A DNA stretch of 20,000 nucleotides from an uncultured virus (IMG/VR IMGVR_UViG_3300010391_001807) (Duplodnaviria; Heunggongvirae; Uroviricota; Caudoviricetes): the IMG/VR virus record IMGVR_UViG_3300010391_001807; one strand, written 5' to 3'. Every line of letters starts with the position of its first letter. Positions within the stretch are counted from its first letter, which is position 1. Shown in pieces: positions 15,811-20,000 of this stretch. Position numbers and translations under genes: made by a program. The notes under the pieces are model-generated. The model saw only the letters and a list, made by a program, of their open reading frames with translations. It did no database searches and was not told where the DNA came from.

Positions 15811-16683
15811 TTATTTTCCAGTTGGTTCAGAAACTAGGTCATCAATCCATTCGGTGTCAGGATAGCCCAGTTCTTTACTCCAATATGACTTGATACGACT
15901 GGCCTGCTCAGGGGCTAATTTAGCCTCTTTATGCATGGCGGTCACAATTTGTCTCTTAGCACTTGATTCTAGTTTTTTGTTATCTAAAACCATTTTGGTA
16001 GCTTCTGGGATAGATGCCAATTTAATGGACGAGGCGGTAACGGCCTCGACATATTCTCTTGGCCAACCCATGGCGTCGGCATATTTTGCGAAAACGGCTT
16101 TCTTTTGTGCAGATAGACTAGCTACTGACTCAAATGTAGAACAGACACATGTTTCCTTGTCACATTCTTCGCATTTTTCGCCCTTGCATTTACAAGGACT
16201 CTCATCACATTTCTCACATTTGCATTGACAAGGACTCTCACCACATTTCTCACACTTTTCATCATCCTCAGCTAATTTTTCAAGGTTGTCGATAACTTCT
16301 GAGCGGGCAGCAGTTCGAGCATTAAGCTCTTCCTGTGCTTCAACTTCTTCTAATTCAGCGATTTGAGCAGTTCGGCGGTTAGCTCTAATTTCAAGTAATG
16401 CCGCCACCTTCTCTTTGTCGCCTTCTTCTTGAGCCTTTACGACATCACAACTACAAGGATGGCCAACACCACATTCAGGGCAATCGCCATATTGTTTCTT
16501 CACTCTTTTCGTTTTCTTAGCCACGACTTCTTCTTTCTTTGCAGCAACTTTTGTCATATTCTCGGTTTCAATACCTGCAACTTTATTCATCTCGCCTGCA
16601 AATTTAGACCAGTCAATCGTGTTAATGACGGAAGATTTGTCGAGTTTCTCGCTTTGTAATGTTGGGAAAATTCTGCTATTCAT
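15811..16683 (-). CDS. Hypothetical protein (290 aa) with four CxxC-x4/5-CxC Cys clusters
   Basis: SD AAGGAGG; CPECGVGHPCSC, CEKCGESPCQC, CEKCDESPCKC, CEECDKETCVC; first gene after the putative promoter. Confidence 0.85.
   Translation of the reverse strand: MNSRIFPTLQSEKLDKSSVINTIDWSKFAGEMNKVAGIETENMTKVAAKKEEVVAKKTKRVKKQYGDCPECGVGHPCSCDVVKAQEEGDKEKVAALLEIRANRRTAQIAELEEVEAQEELNARTAARSEVIDNLEKLAEDDEKCEKCGESPCQCKCEKCDESPCKCKGEKCEECDKETCVCSTFESVASLSAQKKAVFAKYADAMGWPREYVEAVTASSIKLASIPEATKMVLDNKKLESSAKRQIVTAMHKEAKLAPEQASRIKSYWSKELGYPDTEWIDDLVSEPTGK
16184..16255 (-). repeat. 36-bp tandem duplication encoding CEKC(G/D)ESPC(Q/K)CK
   Basis: ttgcatttacaaggactctcatcacatttctcaca versus ttgcattgacaaggactctcaccacatttctcaca. 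Confidence 0.9.
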
Positions 16684-16738
16684 AGATAATAGTCCTCCTT
16701 ACAACTAATTAATTGTAAAACTTTAATAACTATATGTT

Positions 16739-16766
16739 ATTCCATCGCACCTTTGTATTAACCTGC
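16739..16766 (-). promoter_or_regulatory. Putative late promoter GCAGGT-N18-GAAT heading the portal operon
   Basis: Minus strand AAAAAAAGCAGGTTAATACAAAGGTGCGATGGAAT, with an A-tract upstream (UP-element-like). Resembles Bacillus sigma-H promoters such as spoVG (GCAGGA...GAAT). Confidence 0.6.
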
Positions 16767-16865
16767 TTTTTTTATAACTCACTGAGAAATTATAATCAAA
16801 TTTAGTTTGTAACGCTATTACTTTCTCTTTTAAACTTCTTACTGAACTAACAATGGTACCTGCTT

Positions 16866-17219
16866 CTATTTGAAATATAGCTGTTGATTGTTGCCGTCAA
16901 TGACCAAGAAATCACCAGTTTTGACTCCATCCAATGCCCCTTGACTAGTTTCCACAACATATTTAATACTATGACTCATCGCCCTACAAGGTAATGTCTG
17001 TCCAGCGTCCATTGTTTTCACCGCTATGACATACCCATTGCTATCACAAAAAGCCAAATGTAAAGGATATGAAACATTCTTATTCCAGAACGCATGGTCA
17101 CCTGTCTTATTGAAAGCAAACACAGCACATTTGTCATCATCTATCTTTTCGGTGAACATCAATCCCTTTTCTCTTTTTTCATCATTATCAGCATAAATTA
17201 TGATATCATATTTTTTCAT
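16866..17219 (-). CDS. DUF192 (COG1430) family protein
   Basis: AD..EKREKGLMF..., 'VFAF', 'FWNKNVSYPLHLAFCDSNG.VI', 'YVVETSQG', 'VKTGD' match the DUF192 pattern; SD GAGG. Confidence 0.9.
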   Translation of the reverse strand: MKKYDIIIYADNDEKREKGLMFTEKIDDDKCAVFAFNKTGDHAFWNKNVSYPLHLAFCDSNGYVIAVKTMDAGQTLPCRAMSHSIKYVVETSQGALDGVKTGDFLVIDGNNQQLYFK

Positions 17220-17221
17220 GC

Positions 17222-20000
17222 TTAAACCTCTAATTCTTCATCCATTCTCTTCATGGCACATTTGATGAATATTTTTAGACTATTAGCTGTACGGATTTTA
17301 AGTATATTAACATTTGTTCGGCTTCCTAAGGCATTAATAGCCCTTGTGGCAGACCCCTTCCCCTGTCGAATATCTTCATCAACCTTGAACAACAAGGGCT
17401 CTCTTATACCAGGGTATTTGGTTTGAATATTTCTCACAACATTATTAGGCTGTTCTCCTCTGTCTACCATTTCTTTAATGTCAAACAAAACATCCCCAGC
17501 AACAAAAAGCGGATCTATAAATCCTTTACTGCCACTTGCAATCATTGTTTCAGCAACAAAATCCATTGAATCATCAATTAAATCTGTTGGAATAAAGAAT
17601 GACGAGGCGGCTCTCATGGCAGCAACTGGGTTTCTAGTATATAATTCTGATTCTGCACCGATGTAATACTTTTTGACAAGGCTTAAAACATCTGATTTTA
17701 ATTGGTCAATAATTTTATCGGGAGAAACATTTTGAAATTGTGAAACATTAGCAAATAATGGAGCATATTGTTTAGCTAATTTTTCAGGAGCAAATTGATC
17801 AGAAAATATCTTTATTTTCCCAGGGGCAATTGGCTTGTCAGTTTTTGGATTAACCCCCCATGTTAATTCAATAAATCTAGGGTGTTTGAACGCACTATCC
17901 TCCGGCATCTTTTCTTTGAAAGCGTCCTGGAAGGTTATCCCAGAACCACCTCGGGCAGTTGCCAAATCTCGGGTGGATGCAAGCTCACTAATTGGTTTTC
18001 CACTAGCATCCGTGGCCGTATAAGCTGGCAATACATCATAGTCATCAGATAATCCAAATAACCCAGAAAGAGATAATAGTAAATCTCTGAATAATTGGTA
18101 ATCACTTATTAATGCATTACCTGATGTAGAATATATTAAATATCTCATCGCAGGGCTCATGTTGAGCACTGGATAAATTTGTTTATTACTAGAAGTAGTT
18201 AAAAGTCTAACTAAATTATTAACTAAATCATTAGATATTACTTCAGATAATTGAAAAATACCATCCTCATTATATGGCAACTCTTTATTTATTAATTCTC
18301 TAGATAATTCTTGGGTTTTATTACGCATAAATATAATTCTTTGAATAGCTACTTGAATTGCAAAATTTGCCTCAGGTTCATTTTCTGATAATATACCATC
18401 TGAAACCAACTGTAGTTTTAATTCATTGATAACCGTTGGACTATCTTCTGGTGGAATTATATTATTAGCTGTTAAATAACTATAAACAGCAGAAATTTTA
18501 CCTTCGGCAGATGCAACCTTTGCTGCTTGTGGCTTCCTCTCAGGACTCGGAATCAGACCAGTTTCAGGATCTACAACCAAATTTAAATCTGAAACATCCT
18601 GCATTTTTGGATCTTGATAAACACTTTCATCTAATGGCAATATTTGGCCAGTGTTTAAATGCTCCAAATCTTCAGGAGGAACTTTAGAAATATGGTCTAT
18701 TGTTGAAGTAATAGTATATAAAAATTTTATAATATCTTCATCTGGCACCCTAACCAATAATCTTTTGATTTGGAAAACAGCCTCGGCTAATAGATCTTGG
18801 TTTTCAGATTCAAATAATGCCATAAGAGGGGTTGGTCGTTGATATTTTAATGCCAATGCCTGTTGAGTCATATTTACTACTGCAATCAAACGTTTAGCAT
18901 AAGGCTGAACGCCTGAGGCAGAGGTATTATCCTTCTTAAGTCCTGCAGGCGGTACTCCTTGCATTTGTTCTTGTATTCCGGGGTCTCTTAATACCATGGG
19001 AAGGAGTTCATTTACGACCATCGTATTCACAATCTCATTCATTTCGAATGGGTGAACTTGAATAAGGGATCTCCCTTTCGTCCCCGCTCCACTTGTAGGA
19101 ATAGCAACGCCATCTGGGGTACGCTCCCCCCATTCTGTAACAGCAGGGCCACCAAGGCCCAAAGGAGCATCTCTGTCTATCCCCACAGCATAACCACCAG
19201 TAGGGAACCCCACTCCAGATAATAATTGTTCTAATGGCATCCCATGCCAAGCGATAGTATCTCTAATAGTATCTTGAGATGTTTGTGAATCTTTAGCATT
19301 TTCAAATTTATGTTTCCCGGCCTTGACTAAGAACATACGGCCCTTATTATATATCAAAAGAAACCCCAAACCAGCAGCCGACGTGCCCGACCGAGAGGCT
19401 CCAACCCTACTAATTTTCACTATAGTATAATTCATTAAATTTTCAATTTCATCAGCTATAAGATTTCTTTTTCTACCTTTCTCATCTATATAATCTGTTT
19501 GATGATTATTTAAATATTCTCTCTTTTTCATATCCAAAAAAGCTAATACTGGAATATGTAATGAATATTTCATATCATTCAAACGAGTAGTTGCCGAGTG
19601 GCATACTTGACATAAATATTCACGGCCCCTACCAACCATTGCTGGCGATACAAGTTCTTCATTATCTTGTACTGGAACCTGATCAAAAATTGCTCCACAT
19701 TGAGGGCACGGATTGGCATCTGGCAATACGTCAGTGGAATTCTCAAAATCTACATATGGTAATATATTTTTCAAAGATGCCGACATACGAGGGGGCATCA
19801 TGCTCTGATTCTTAATTAAGAAATTTTGGAACTCTTCAGTCCATTGTGGTAACAAATCCGGCTGGCCAATTTGATTCGCAATCGTATTTAATCTACTAAT
19901 AGTAAGAACTCTATCTTCTTTTCTTTGTGAATCAATAGTCTCTTCATCACCAGTCCCGAGAGCATCCTGCATGTCATCGGACATTCTTTCAATAATATCA
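17222..20000 (-). CDS. Large hypothetical protein (>920 aa) with a Zn ribbon, probably 5'-truncated
   Basis: The frame stays open upstream of ATG 19984 to the window edge (..DIIER-MSDD) and there is no SD before that ATG. Contains CPQC..CQVC. No recognisable family. Confidence 0.8.
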   Translation of the reverse strand, partial: DIIERMSDDMQDALGTGDEETIDSQRKEDRVLTISRLNTIANQIGQPDLLPQWTEEFQNFLIKNQSMMPPRMSASLKNILPYVDFENSTDVLPDANPCPQCGAIFDQVPVQDNEELVSPAMVGRGREYLCQVCHSATTRLNDMKYSLHIPVLAFLDMKKREYLNNHQTDYIDEKGRKRNLIADEIENLMNYTIVKISRVGASRSGTSAAGLGFLLIYNKGRMFLVKAGKHKFENAKDSQTSQDTIRDTIAWHGMPLEQLLSGVGFPTGGYAVGIDRDAPLGLGGPAVTEWGERTPDGVAIPTSGAGTKGRSLIQVHPFEMNEIVNTMVVNELLPMVLRDPGIQEQMQGVPPAGLKKDNTSASGVQPYAKRLIAVVNMTQQALALKYQRPTPLMALFESENQDLLAEAVFQIKRLLVRVPDEDIIKFLYTITSTIDHISKVPPEDLEHLNTGQILPLDESVYQDPKMQDVSDLNLVVDPETGLIPSPERKPQAAKVASAEGKISAVYSYLTANNIIPPEDSPTVINELKLQLVSDGILSENEPEANFAIQVAIQRIIFMRNKTQELSRELINKELPYNEDGIFQLSEVISNDLVNNLVRLLTTSSNKQIYPVLNMSPAMRYLIYSTSGNALISDYQLFRDLLLSLSGLFGLSDDYDVLPAYTATDASGKPISELASTRDLATARGGSGITFQDAFKEKMPEDSAFKHPRFIELTWGVNPKTDKPIAPGKIKIFSDQFAPEKLAKQYAPLFANVSQFQNVSPDKIIDQLKSDVLSLVKKYYIGAESELYTRNPVAAMRAASSFFIPTDLIDDSMDFVAETMIASGSKGFIDPLFVAGDVLFDIKEMVDRGEQPNNVVRNIQTKYPGIREPLLFKVDEDIRQGKGSATRAINALGSRTNVNILKIRTANSLKIFIKCAMKRMDEELEV

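Noticed and set aside
15408..16578. Intragenic GCAGGT hexamers (~15408-15413, ~16573-16578) as promoters
   Set aside because: They lack the extended TT(A/T)A core, lie inside genes, and are expected by chance.
2442..19815. Remaining short (60-133 aa) ORFs in the track on the + strand or alternate - frames
   Set aside because: All overlap long, SD-supported minus-strand genes and show no independent coding signal.
1..20000. Stop-codon recoding as seen in some jumbo phages
   Set aside because: Coding density is already near complete in code 11; TAG and TAA stops are followed by new SD+ATG starts or terminators. No credible gene is interrupted by TGA, so nothing here requires recoding.

Overview
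Head-morphogenesis region of a large tailed dsDNA phage (Caudoviricetes). All credible genes lie on the minus strand, tightly packed, mostly with strong AGGAGG-type Shine-Dalgarno sites (consistent with, but not proof of, a Bacillota-like host), and read in the standard code. In transcription order (right to left): a 5'-truncated >920-aa Zn-ribbon protein; a DUF192 protein; seven uncharacterised, probably head-associated proteins; a 1176-aa portal precursor carrying an AT-rich LAGLIDADG intein and a C-terminal Vsr/DUF559-like nuclease domain; a 1400-aa prohead protease-scaffold fusion; a 699-aa acidic scaffold-like protein; and a 3'-truncated probable capsid decoration protein (the major capsid gene probably lies beyond the left edge). 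The most notable observations are the portal-nuclease fusion, a [K/R]-x-A motif recurring at domain boundaries of most proteins (candidate maturation-protease site), two in-frame internal SD+ATG starts giving nested scaffold-like genes, and a shared GCAGGTT-N~17-xAAT promoter-like motif in the three large intergenic regions. All family assignments come from motif recognition by eye; no searches were run.
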